Assembly: GCA_015680685.1 (NCBI GenBank)
Contig: MNCI01000921.1
Location: 244,423 to 308,422 of the forward strand
Length of the DNA: 64,000 nt
From: Gnetum montanum
Lineage: Eukaryota; Plantae; Gnetophyta
Direction: 5' to 3'
Positions 13,230 to 25,389 of the stretch are shown here, one piece after another. A program made the translations under genes and the position numbers. Under the pieces are notes generated by a model, which searched no databases, had not been told where the DNA came from, and saw nothing but the letters and a program-made list of their open reading frames with translations. Numbering within the stretch: the first letter of the stretch is position 1; the number at the start of each line of letters is the position of its first letter.

Positions 13230-15066
13230 GAACAAGTATAAGATTGATGGTTACGTTGGGTAGATTCCTTGGAGTATTTGTAATATGGTTTTACCTATTA
13301 GATATTAACAAGGATAAGCTTATGTGGATTGGATGGGTGGTGGATATGTAAGGCACTAGATAAATAAGTGGCTTTCACAATGTATGGTTCCTTCCAAAGT
13401 GTCTAAAATTTAGCTTTTGGGATAAATGACTAGGATTATAACAAAGGACCTTGTCACCCAATTGTATGGTTGCCTTTACTATTTTAATAAATCGGTCCTC
13501 ATCAAGAAATTAATCTAATAAAGATTCCATTCGATTTTCTGAATCCCATTTCAACCTTGATAAATGATTAGCTACTATGTTTTCCATTTCTTTCTTATCA
13601 ATCATTGTGATGTCAAACTCTTGGAGAATCATAATCCATCTTATCACTCTAGAACCAACCATTGGCTTGTTCATTAGAAATCAGATAATACTATGATCAA
13701 TGTGGATGTAGACTTGGTAATCGAGCACATAATGTTGAAATTTTTCAAGTGCGTACACCATGGCCATTAGCTCCTTTTCAATTGTGGTGTAATTTAATTA
13801 TGCTCCTATGATGCTCTTGTTGGCATAGTATATGTTATAAGGTCTCTTCTAATCATCAAGTTATGTTAGTGCTACACAAAGCACATAATTAAAGGTGTTA
13901 GTCATGATATGAAAGGGCCTTGACTAATCCAGATCTTGGAGGATTGGTGTCTCAACTAGCTTCTACTTCAGGGATTCAAATGCCTTTTTACATGATCCAT
14001 TTCACTTGAAGGGTACATCCTTTTTCATGAGTTCTACAAGTGATTTGGCTATCTTTGAAAAGTTTTCAATGAAGCTCCTATAGTATTCCATATGGCCTAG
14101 AAAGGATCTTACATCTTTCATTGTTTATGGTTGTTGAGTGATGTTTTGGATGAATTTGATTTTTTTAGGATCTACATCTAGATCCTTCTAGGAGATTTTG
14201 TGTTCCAACACTATACCTTCCTAGACCATGAGATGGCTCTTTTGCCTATTGAGCTTCAAATTAGTCTCAACACATCTTTTAAGTACTTACTTTAATCAGT
14301 CCAATGCTTGTTTGAAGTCTAGCCTGTACATGGAAAAAATCATCCATAAACACTTCAACACCATTACCTATCTACTTTTGGAAGATGCTTAAGACTAGTC
14401 TTTGAAAGGTTGTTGGTGCATTGCAAAGATCGAAGGGTATCTTTCTATAAGAAAACATTCCCTATGGACTGATGAATGTGGTTTTCTCTTGGTCTTCAAG
14501 TGCAATGAAAATTTGATTGTATCCACTAAAACCATCCAAAAAACTATAATATTCATGTCTTAAAATTTTATCCAGGACTTGGTCAACAAACGACAAGGAA
14601 AAGTGATCTTGGAATATGGCTGATTTTACTAGCCAAAAGTCAATGTAGATGCACATTTGCCTCTCTTCTTTGGAACTATCACTAAAGGACTGATCCATTT
14701 ACCATCGACAATTAGATAAATGAATTCTTCCTTTAAAAACTTCTTCAATTCTTGCTTAAATACCTCCTTAAGTTTAGGATTAAGCCTTCACTATAGTTGA
14801 TGTTTTGGTCTGATTGCATGATTAGTGTAGATCTGATGTTCAAAAATTCATGGATCAATTCTCATGATCTGATCCTAAGACCATGCGAATGTTGTAGGAC
14901 ATCTATTGAGCACTTCTAGTAATTTCCCTTTTTTCTCTTTGTCTAAGTTTGCATTGATAATTACTGACTTCTTGTTGTTTAGAAATGCATATTCTAATGT
15001 TGTTAGTAGGGCTTTTAATTCTAATGATTCTGGTTCCATTATGTTTGGGATCTCCAAGTGTCCTTA
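13230..15066 (-). pseudogene. Element A pol: RT, RNase H and integrase C-terminal GPY/F tail only
   Basis: RT motifs YSFLDGFSGYNQIFIALEDQEKTTF (14462-14698) and VFMDDF (~14340). RNase H motif YTTIEKELMAMVYALEKF (~13740-13790), ending QEFDI..NHLSRL. Then directly GDKVLCYN..WKEPYIV..VKPYY. Cut at 15066 by element C. Confidence 0.85.
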
Positions 15067-15715
15067 TGAAACACCACCAAATTCAAGCCTTAGCACCTTA
15101 ATGGCAAATTATCTAAGTGTCAACACAAGGTAAATTTTTTCTAAGTGTTTGGCCCATGCTTCCACTATTGGGACTACACTCCAAAGCATAGTCAGCATAG
15201 CATGCAGCACAAAACCAAATTTGCAAAATTTTCTAAGTGCCAATAGTAGTTACAAAAAATTTTCTAAGTGTTGTGCTATGCTTCAATTCTCCCTGCTATG
15301 CTTTAGAACATAGTTAGTGTAGCATGCACTTCAATGGCCAGTTTGCCTAAGTGTCAAGATAGATTAGAATGGAAGAAATAGTTTGGCAAATTTTCTAACT
15401 CATGGGGCTACCCATCCTACTATGCTCTAGAGTGTAGCCAACGTAGCTTACATGAGGACTACAAGTTTTGCCAAATTTTTTCTCAGTGTTAGTGCTATGC
15501 TCTCACTTTCCCCTACTACACTTCAGAGCATAGCCAGCACTGGGCCTCAATTTTTACAAAGTTTGCCTAACTGTTGGGCTAAACTCCAAAGTGTAGCTAG
15601 TGTAGCAATGAAGGACAGACCCTAAAAGCTTCTAGAGATGAGCACCAACCTCCATCTTAGCTCCAGAACTCCTCTAGAAAGTAAGATCAACAATTTGCAT
15701 TTCTTTTGAACCCTC
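15067..15715 (+). repeat. 5' LTR of element C (U3 part only)
   Basis: Colinear with 33124-33770, then similarity ends abruptly. TATA, R/U5 and PBS are missing. Confidence 0.85.
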
Positions 15716-15959
15716 CCAAGTACATGGTACTCAACAATGAAAAATATAACTTCCTTTATGCAAAACTCTAGGTAGGTCTACCCCTAGACTGCCAAGAAAT
15801 GGATGCAAAATGAAGTTATGTACTTATACATCAAAATTAAAGGGAATACCTCTCGACCCCTAATGATTTCATCTTGCTCACTGAAACCTCTTGGTGGATG
15901 CTTGACCAACTCATTTGACTTAATTGGTCAAATGAGCACGATGCAGCAACCAACTATGA

Positions 15960-18900
15960 GGAGCCCCTAAAGGATGGGTAGGATGAGTTCGAAGGTCATT
16001 TAGAGAATGAGAACCCTTTTTATGCCTCTTTTTAGCAAACTACCTCTAGTGTCATCCCTCCACAATTATAGTCATTGGCCTTCTTTGAGGCGGTGACATC
16101 CCTGTTGTCACCTCCCAGCAATGCTTGTGGTGGCAAATCATCAAGTGCTACATGCACATCAGGGTGCAAGACCATCTACCACCCTTTCTTTCATGGTCTT
16201 GGCACAATTCATGTAAGCCTCCATGCTAGCATCTATGATGTCAATGTAGCCCTACGTGCACACAGTGAAGATGTCCCAACCACACATGAGCCAAGTTTCC
16301 AACATCCTACCTGTCTCATTGGTGCCACCTACAATAGCCTAAGCCATAATCGCATGGTGGATCCCCACCTCTATGCCCATGGCATAATAGCACATGCAAC
16401 AACACACACAATAGGCATCTTACGTGGTTGTGTAGCCCATAGTAGGGCCATGGGTCACTCAAACAACATAGTGGGTAGCATAACCAGTGCAGGTTGCCGC
16501 ACCCACCCCAAGCTTGGACCAAGTGTTCCAACTCATTTAGATGCTCACCGAGGAGGTCAAGTGGCTTAAGGCTACCTCCCCTAAAATGGTCCAGGTGATG
16601 GACTTTTACTAGGATGACCTAATTAGTCCTATGATCCCATCACTAACCTTACCTCCTAGAACCCAACTTTCCTAGTTTACCAAATATAATGGTGAGGGGG
16701 ACCCTAACACCCATCTAGTTACCTTCCATTTTGAATTTCTTCTATTGCAGGAATGGCTGCATGTAATCATCTATGCATTTGCCATATCCCTAACCAACAA
16801 GGCACTAGATTGGTACCATGCACTCCCTAGGGCCTCCATATCTTCCTTGGAGGATTTACTCAATCAATTTGTCACTCACTTCAAGTAAAGCTTGAAGCTT
16901 GAGGCAATCCTAGATCAACTAATGCAAATCAAACAAGGCCACATAGAGCCCATACAAAAATTCATCCAATGTTGAAGCACTGCACTTAACAAAATTCGCA
17001 AACCCATCACAAAAACCCACCTACTAGCCATTTTCAAAGGCACAATGAACAACTACATTAAGTCAAAGCTATAATACCTTTCCCCACACTCCCTGAGCCA
17101 AGCATTTACTCAAATGAAGAGCATTTAGGATGCTATGGAGGTTAGTAAGGACCCAACCTATGTAGCCTATAAAAATGCACATGCAAAAAAAGATAGGAAA
17201 AAGGGCAAGGCAACCACAACTATTGCAACGATGGCCAATGAGGTGAAGCCAAATAATGCCAAACCAATAGCTAAGGCACCCAAGGTCTAGGCCAATAGCA
17301 AGGCATCTAGCTTTGGCACTGCATTGACTAACCAGTCAGCATCATCGACGACCATGGGGTAAGTTACCCAAAGGTCAAACTTTGAGTGCAAGGATCACTC
17401 AAAGTACACACCATTGCCCATTAAGCCATAAGAGCTTTTAGGACAATTGCTTAACATTGGGAACATCTAGTATAAGAAAATGTTTGAAGATGCTCGCAAG
17501 CCTCATGACTACTATTGTAAGCTCCTCAAAAACCCATCAGTAGCTACACCAAAAGAGCCTCCTATCCCTAAGCACTTTAGGTTGGACCATTTTTGCCATT
17601 ACCAGCAATTTCCTGGCCATGACACAGACTTTTGCATGGCCTTACGAGATGACATACAATGCATGATTGATGGAGATGAACTAATCCTTGATGCAACCAA
17701 CCTAATTCACCCTGAAAATCAATTAATGAAGGTCTACAAAAACCCTTTCAATGTAATTGGTGTAGGGTACGTTATCAATGCAATTAGCATTGATGATGAC
17801 ATAGAACCGGCACAAGATCCATTCATGGTTCAAGTGCCCTCTAGCAACATTAGGGCCTCCTTGATGTCAACTAGTTCAAGGTTTTCTTTTGTTATTAGAG
17901 TGCCACTTCAAGTGCCCATAACACAATTTGTGGTCAAGGCCCCATAACATGTTGTGGTAATAGCAACATAGACATCTTTTGTCATCAAGGTGCCACAACG
18001 TGCAGACTCCTTGCTTACTTAGAGTTTGATGGTGGGGACTATGTCAAGCCCTGCTTACCCAAGGCCTCATCCCACATACAACACCAAGTACTCTAGGTGG
18101 TAGCCTAGGAGGCCCAATGAGCACCTCGTTGACAAAAATGATTAGGAAATGCATGGAGCTAGGTCAACCTAAGCTTATCCCCCTATCTTCTATTCCCATG
18201 GCGACATCGACTAAGAACACCACCACAAGCAATTAACAACCAAGCACTAAGGCTCAAAAGTAAGCAAAACAAGCAAAGCCCAAATCTCCTCCTTGAGAGA
18301 TATGTCTCTTATTCTGCATGGAGGAGATGAAGGGCAATAAAGCAATAGACAGTAATAAGTATTTCTTAGATGCATTGGCACAAGTTAAATAGGCTTTCAA
18401 AGAAAAAAACACAACCTTGAGCTTGTATGACTTAGTCATGATCTCCTCCACTCAACGTAAAGCATTAGTTCACATTTTGACCTTCATTCCTATTAAGGAG
18501 GATATCTCAGTGGATGAATAAGCCATCCACATTGTGAGGCTTCCCCTTACACATTAGGAATCAAGTTCAACACCTCTAGCATTTCATGATGAGGCAATTA
18601 AGGTTGACCCTAAAAAAGGTTAGTTCACCACTGTGCCAATGTTGATAATAATCCATGTAGGACAATGCAAGATTCATAGGGTGCACATCGATGACGAGGC
18701 AACAACTAATGTCATCCCATTACTAATCATTAACAAGCTTGGTCTTGTCAACCAAATCAAACCCACAAAGACAACATGTCTAAAGTGCTTCAATGGATCA
18801 TGCATTATGATAAGGGGGATGGTCACAATAGTTTTCATAGCAAGGGATCAATTCCCCACAACAGATAAATTCATTATCATTAAGAAGATTCCCAAGTTCA

Positions 18901-19255
18901 ACTATAGGTGGTCTACTCACCCATCCACCAAGAGATCCACCTTTTGTATAAAGGTGGAGAAGTGATCATACATGGTGACAATGCATTCCCTCTAACCATT
19001 AGCAACCTTGAAATAAAACAAGGATTGGAGGTGGACTTCCCTGATGGCATGCCACCCATGGAGAATGAGGGTCAACCTTGTTTGGCAGACTCACCTGAAG
19101 AACCAAAAGAATCCAACAACTTCCTCGAGGAAGCTCTATGGGTAGAATTATCCTTCAGCATCATGGACGAAGGTCTAAGTGAATATTACCTTATGCTACC
19201 TAGGCCCTATGCACCCCCCAACCCACATTTGGTTAAGAAGAAGCTACATGACTAA
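15960..19255 (+). pseudogene. Element C gag-protease
   Basis: Gag core KYNGEGDPNTHL...ALDWYHALP...FVTHFK (~16680-16890). Tat/Ogre-type knuckle CHYQQFPGHDTDFC (17480-17947). Protease remnant KIHRVHIDDEATTNVIP (18633-18965). Start approximate. Confidence 0.8.
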
Positions 19256-19497
19256 GGCATCCCCTTAATTTAACATGTGCTAGGTGCCTATTTGCCCCTA
19301 ACTTTTGCATGCCTTGTTTTTCTTTTTCTTATGTAGTTACATTTCGCACAGTTGCTTGTGTTTTACATCATTTATTTTATTACACATTCATTCCTTTTGT
19401 TTATACATTTTTGTTTAGTTTTCTTATACATTAAAAAACACTAAAATACATAAATATCATACAATTCAAAATTGAAAATATATATATATATGGCTTG

Positions 19498-19840
19498 CCA
19501 TGGCCTAAAACTGGCCACCTTTCTTACATCGTCATGGCCTAAAAAGGCCTTAAACTAGCATACGGCCTACTACAGCCTAAAATTGGCAACCCTTTTTCTT
19601 TTGTTGCAATGGCTTGGAATGATCCAAAACTATCACTACAGCCCACCAAGGCCTTAAACTAGCACCTTGTGACTTGGAATGGACTAAAATTATGGCCACA
19701 ACTTGCCACAAACTAAAACTGGTAGCACCTACTTTCCTTTTTTATTTGTAGCCCAAAATGGCCTTAAACTAGCTGTTTTCATGGCCCAAAACAACCTTAA
19801 ACTAGAAATGGCCTTTTTACCTAGCCTTAAATTTGCATGG
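19498..19840 (+). repeat. Array of ~10 degenerate GGCCTTAAACTRGCA motifs
   Basis: Examples: ggcctaaaactggcca, ggccttaaactagca (twice), agcctaaaattggca, ggccttaaactagct, accttaaactagaa, with variable spacing. Confidence 0.75.
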
Positions 19841-20060
19841 GATCCACAAGGGGCCAAATTGCATCAACCAACAACATTATTAATGCTTAATACTTAGCAA
19901 ATGAATGCAAAACTCTACATAGCATGCAACATCATTGCAAAAAAAATATTTTAGTATTACATCTCCATCAATAAAAAATATATACAAGGCATGATTGTAC
20001 AACAAAAATGGCCAAAAAATGAAAATTTCCCAGTAGTGGGGCTACATCAGGACTACTTAG

Positions 20061-23000
20061 TCAATAATGTTCAGTGGAGGTTGAAGCTCCTCTTCCTCTT
20101 CCTCTTCCTCTGCCGCTCTGTTAGGGCTTATGACATCGCCTGATGCCTGCTTAAAGCAACACAAAACAATAAATCAATTAGCCAATGCACAACATGCAAA
20201 ATTGAAATGAAAAACAAAAAAAAACTACCTTGAGAGGGTCTTGCATCAATCTCTAGAGGCAATCTATCAAGGCCTTGCTCTAAGCAGTGGAGGATCTTGG
20301 CCTCTGAAAGCCACGTCCAATCCTCCTAGCCAAAGTCAATACCTGTGAGGGTCTTGCCTTTGTCCATGATGGTCCATATGGATGGCTCCATTGAAAATGT
20401 AGTAGATGAAACCTCTCTTAAGTGCACAATAATTTTCCTCACTAGAGACCCACTCACGACTATGTGACAAGAGAATAGCTCATAAAATCATGTCTCGCCA
20501 ATCGCCTTAAGGAACATATTGCAGCAACAACATTCGATGGACTCCTCTTTGTACCATTTAAGGTATGCATTTCACTTATTCTTGTAGTGGTGCTTATGGT
20601 TATTCTGAGTTTGCCCCCATTGATACATCTTTGTGTTGTGATCCTTCCAATCCTAGTTTTCTTGAGCTAGCAAGTCCATCTACAACCTCTAAACAATAAT
20701 CTCTCTGGTGGCTTCATTCTTGTCCTAGATTGCTGACTATTACCTAGCATAGTCAATCTTAGCTATCTACTAGGTACTATCCTCTTGTGTATGAGCAACA
20801 AGGAAATTGTAACAATATTGCAAGTCCTCCATCTTAGCATCCTAGCTTGTCACCCTATCCTAGAGCTTATGCACCCATTTCCATAGGTGCTCAAATGTGT
20901 GCCTACAAACCCATAATGCTTTTGCATATGAAAGTGCACACTTACTTACTACCTTATACACATGGTGAGGCACTTGCTTCACCTTAGGGAGAAACTTGGA
21001 AATGGCATCCACCTTGGCCACCTTGCTTGGATCCCAATGAATCTTAGAACCTATTGGCATACAATAAGCAAATCAACATTAGCCACAAACTAAGTTTCAA
21101 ATTGATAAAGCAAGACAAGAAAAGCAACATCACATACATACTGAGTTTGGGATTTTCTTGTTGTAGGTAGTCCACCATGTCCTTAACCAGACCTTCTATG
21201 AAGATGAACTTATCAAGCACTTCTACGCATGGCTCCATGCAGTAGGTAGAGGTGGACACTGAATCACTGTCAAGTACCTCTATGGCTACAATGCAATAAC
21301 ACATTTCGCAACAATTAGATAACCAAATATGCAATACCAAAAAGAGAGCAGTAATAGATGGCAACTCAAAGCATGTACCTAGCAAACCCTTGAGTGTGAG
21401 AGTGGGGGGATCACCTAGTTGCACACCATCAAAGAAGTTATCAAAATCACCCTCAGTAGGGTGAAGCAGTTCCTCCTCCTCCAACTATTAAAGGACCTCT
21501 ACAACCTCATGCAACTCCTTCTCTTGTGCCTCTCCCTTAGTTTGAGGAGGGACCTCCTCTACTACTACCTCAATTGGTGCTTCAACAACCCTCCCACCTA
21601 ATTCCAACAATTCACACACATGTCAAGATTAGCATTTCAACACTTAGCATAATATAGCATAGAGAAAAAAGCCTAAAATATAAGTACATAAAATTCAAAA
21701 ATGCATCTAATAACTCATACTAACCTACAACATCCATGCTCAAGTCACAAGACTTCAAGTGGATCTTCTTGTTGCCCAAATTCTCAACCTCTCATGTAGG
21801 CTCCTCTACGAGATGTGGCCTCTTAATCTTTGCCATAGATGGTCCCACCATCTTGGCAATGTAACGCTTCACCCTAGCCACATTCCCAATACCATTCAGT
21901 GGGGGTTCACCTACATTATCATGCAAGTTGTGAGATCATCCCAAGTAACCTTTAGTTGTTACAAAAAATGACTCACCAATTGCCTCTAGGGGGGTCCTAT
22001 ACTCATGTAGTAACAAACAGGTGCTTCATCTATAGCTTCAAGAGCTATGTGTGATTTTGCACCACCTATTGTCCATCCTCATAAACCACCAAAAACTCTA
22101 CATATCTTCAAAGGCATCCTACAAAGAATGCAAAGTTCACATTCAACCTTGTCTAGAGGTTGTGGCGTAACTTAACAATCTCACCATGCAAGCTACTAGC
22201 AATGTCAAAGGCCTAGTTATACCTTATGCCCTCCTCTAGCATGTCCCTCATCACTTAAGCTTGCTCTACCCCAAGAGTTTTCCCTTGGGAGAGTAGCTTC
22301 GAAAATGCCTAGACACAAAAGAGAAGGTAAAGCTCATGAACCACAAGCACCTTCACATCCTTAATGAGTATGCCTTTGTGAGATCAAGAAGTTTGTAGCC
22401 ACTCCTTGACATTGCCTCAGTGGTCCACCTCTCTGTTGGTCTTATCAACAACCAATGATCCATCAGAGGAGAGGCTAAAGAGATCTACAAAGAAGTCATC
22501 AATAAGGTCTAGAACCATCCTCACATCACATACCTACATGACAAAGTGATGAACTTCATTGCTAAAGGAACTAATAATCGCAACCATTTCAACCATCGAA
22601 ATGCCTAGGCTAAGGGCCAAGAAAAGGTCTATCAATCCAGCCCATGTAAGCCTACTAGTCAACTCCGTTGAGGCCTAGTGGCACAACCAATGTTGCGCAC
22701 CCTCATAGCACCATACTTCATGATGAGGATGGCCTTAGTGCAGCTCGTAGCAACAGTTGTGACCTCTCGCAAAGTGACTACAACTACAATATAGGCAAAA
22801 AGGCAAAGTTAGCATCATGCAAAGGGCAAAGTAGAAAATGAATGAGAGCACAATGACAAACTACTTACGCAGGACAAAAGGTGTGTGCAATGGTGATGGT
22901 GGAACGAATGCCTCCTCAATGCTAGGTACACCATTCACCCACTCCGCATCCAACTAGCCATGGGTCTGACACCTCTCATAGGCCTTCGGATACCAACAAG

Positions 23001-23680
23001 GATAGTTTGCCAAGTTATATCTAATCTACCTGATCACCCCTACACAAAGGCTCTCACAAGACGAAAGTTCCTATAGGGTAGTGTGAGTTAGGTTCAGGGT
23101 CCCCTCCTCATCATGCAAGCTATGCTCATCAACACTAAACTTGACAAAAAATATGAATAGTTAGCACCTTAGTATGACCCAATAGCCAAAGGAATAATGC
23201 AAAAATAATAGGCACGCTTACCCTATAGCATAGTACACCATCCCAGATGAGTTATGAAGTAGGGCATGCATGCGTTGAGCAATAAAGAGAGTGCTACTCT
23301 TGCTATAATAACTAAATTTTGGCATCTACCAAATCTTGGACAAAGGCTTAACATCCCTAAGGCCTTGGGCTGAAGCTCCTACTCCACCATCATTAGTAGT
23401 AGACTCATCAGACATGAACTTCAGACTGGTCCAGTTTGCCCTAGGTAGTAAGATCTCTATGATGACACTAGTAGTTTCTCCCACTAAGTGTGACCACATT
23501 ATCACACTAAAGTATTGGAGTAGAATTCTAGGAACTTGTGTGCTTTTAGTCAAAACCATACCACTTGGTGACCCACATGCATGTCTGGCATAGGTGTGTT
23601 TAGAATGGGCTCGTTCATACAACAAAGGATGCCAAAAAGCTCCACAATGATGAGAATTAGCTTCAATAATATCCTACAAC
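20061..23680 (-). pseudogene. Antisense multi-exon gene inside element C (unknown protein, partly resembling plant mobile domain / transposon accessory proteins)
   Basis: Minus-strand GT-AG introns 21976-21911, 21724-21598, 21378-21286, 21141-21051 and 20228-20147 are all phase 1 and keep one frame. Further donors at 22868 and ~23221. The deduced protein has a globular part (RLTWAGLIDLF...GIRYN*AFDIASSLHGEI), an acidic region, a coiled-coil-like region and a GRGRGRGRG tail. Confidence 0.7.
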
Positions 23681-23795
23681 TATAAAAGCAACAAAAAAAC
23701 ATTAATATACATTGGATACACAAAAATACATTATATTACACTTAGAAAAATTAGCAAAGTTAACATAGGATAAGCATAACTTAGCAGAAACTAGG

Positions 23796-25389
23796 TGAAA
23801 CACCACTAATTTTGGCCCAACACTTTGAAACGAGGACGACCCAAGCCCTCCTTGGCATTCGGGAGGCAAAACTGGACTAAGGCATGGAACTCATGCCCAG
23901 CTTGTTCAAGTCAGCTTGATCACACTATCAAGGCCATCCTTAGGCTCTGCATTGACAATCTCCAACTTCAGACTCCAACCTCTAGAAAATTCAGTTTCAA
24001 TGTTCAAAAACTGTAGTTTCTGCAGGTCACACTGTGATCACGTTGCAGCATGACCTCCAGCGTGACCTACTCCAAGTGACTCAAAACCAAACACATTCAA
24101 GCTTAAAATTCCACATCTTAGATCACACTCAAATTCACAAGGTAGGTAGCAGTCACATTTCAAGAATCAGGCTTCAAAATTCAAATTTGGTATCAAAAGG
24201 TCTCATTTCCCTCACTCACGCTTAAGGTCATGCTGGGCATGAGTACAACGTACACACACTGCAACATACATACATTGGGATGCTGGGATGCTGGGACTCA
24301 TGCTGGAGGTCACACTGGGCATGAGTGTAGCATAAACACAAATGAACTCATGTTGAAGCTTAACTTGACTCACGCTGGAGGCATATCCACTCACGCTGGA
24401 GGCTATAGCAAAACAGAAACACCTCAAATGACCACAAAACTACTCAAACTGACATCTTGTAGCAGTCGATTCAAGGATCAAGAAATTTTAAGTGAGCCAA
24501 AGTCAATCCTTTTTATTTTCTTTGTAAATTTTCTTCATTTTTGGGCATGTCGAGCCCTTACAGTCTAAATTATATGTACTCCCATGGGCTTGAGTAACCC
24601 ATCCGTTGCAAGATACAATGTACCTAGTCAAAAACGTAGCTTGCCGACACACAACCAACTCATACATGGTTGTCCATCAGACACGTGTCACTTGATCCAT
24701 TTTCCTGTTAAATTCCAACTGTTGATTCCATTCTGGAATTCTACACCTAAGCAGAGCCCAACCCTATAAATACCCTGTCAATTCACATAAACAAGGGGTT
24801 GGCAATTGGAGACATTGGCAATTCTAAGAACAGACAGCAAACCAGCAATCCTTGGGCGCTTAGCACACTTGACTCTTGGCATCCAAGTGCTTCTCACATA
24901 CATCACATCACATCATCACATCATTGCATCACATCACCCCAGGGTTAGGCATTTGACCTACCATCCACACATGCAGCTACGCTTTGACTGGTGCACATTT
25001 TTTCTAAGCAATACAATACATTTTGTTTTGCCAACCATTACTTTTGTCCACTCTGTGTTATATTTAGTTTATGTTCTGTTTACATTCTTCTTACATTTTG
25101 TTTAGGATTCTGTTTACGTTCCATTTGCAATACACTGCATATATTTCTATTTACATTTTATGTGTACTGTTCACATTTTAAGACATTAGTTATGATAACC
25201 CTAGCGCAAGCCATAGTTTATGCTCGGGGAAGTTCTTGGTTTATTTGCGTGCAAACCATCCAAGGCACTCTACCTTCGTTCCCTTTTCTAGCTTGCCCTC
25301 AAGTGAAGGCAGGGTCAGCTATGCCTGCCCAATGATCTTTCGGTGTCTATTTCCCTTTCAGCCTTACATCGACGATTTAGGTTAGTACA
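23796..25389 (+). mobile_element. Element D: solo LTR (1594 bp) of a Tat family related to C
   Basis: TGAAACACCAC...TAGTACA with perfect TSD CTAGG (23791-23795, 25390-25394). TATA context accctataaataccct (24761-24776) is identical to that of the C 3' LTR. Retains many CpGs. Confidence 0.92.

Noticed and set aside
16075-16569. 164-aa ORF and the many other 60-150 aa ORFs as independent genes
   Set aside because: They are alternative-frame or antisense readings of decayed gag/pol/LTR sequence with no independent support.
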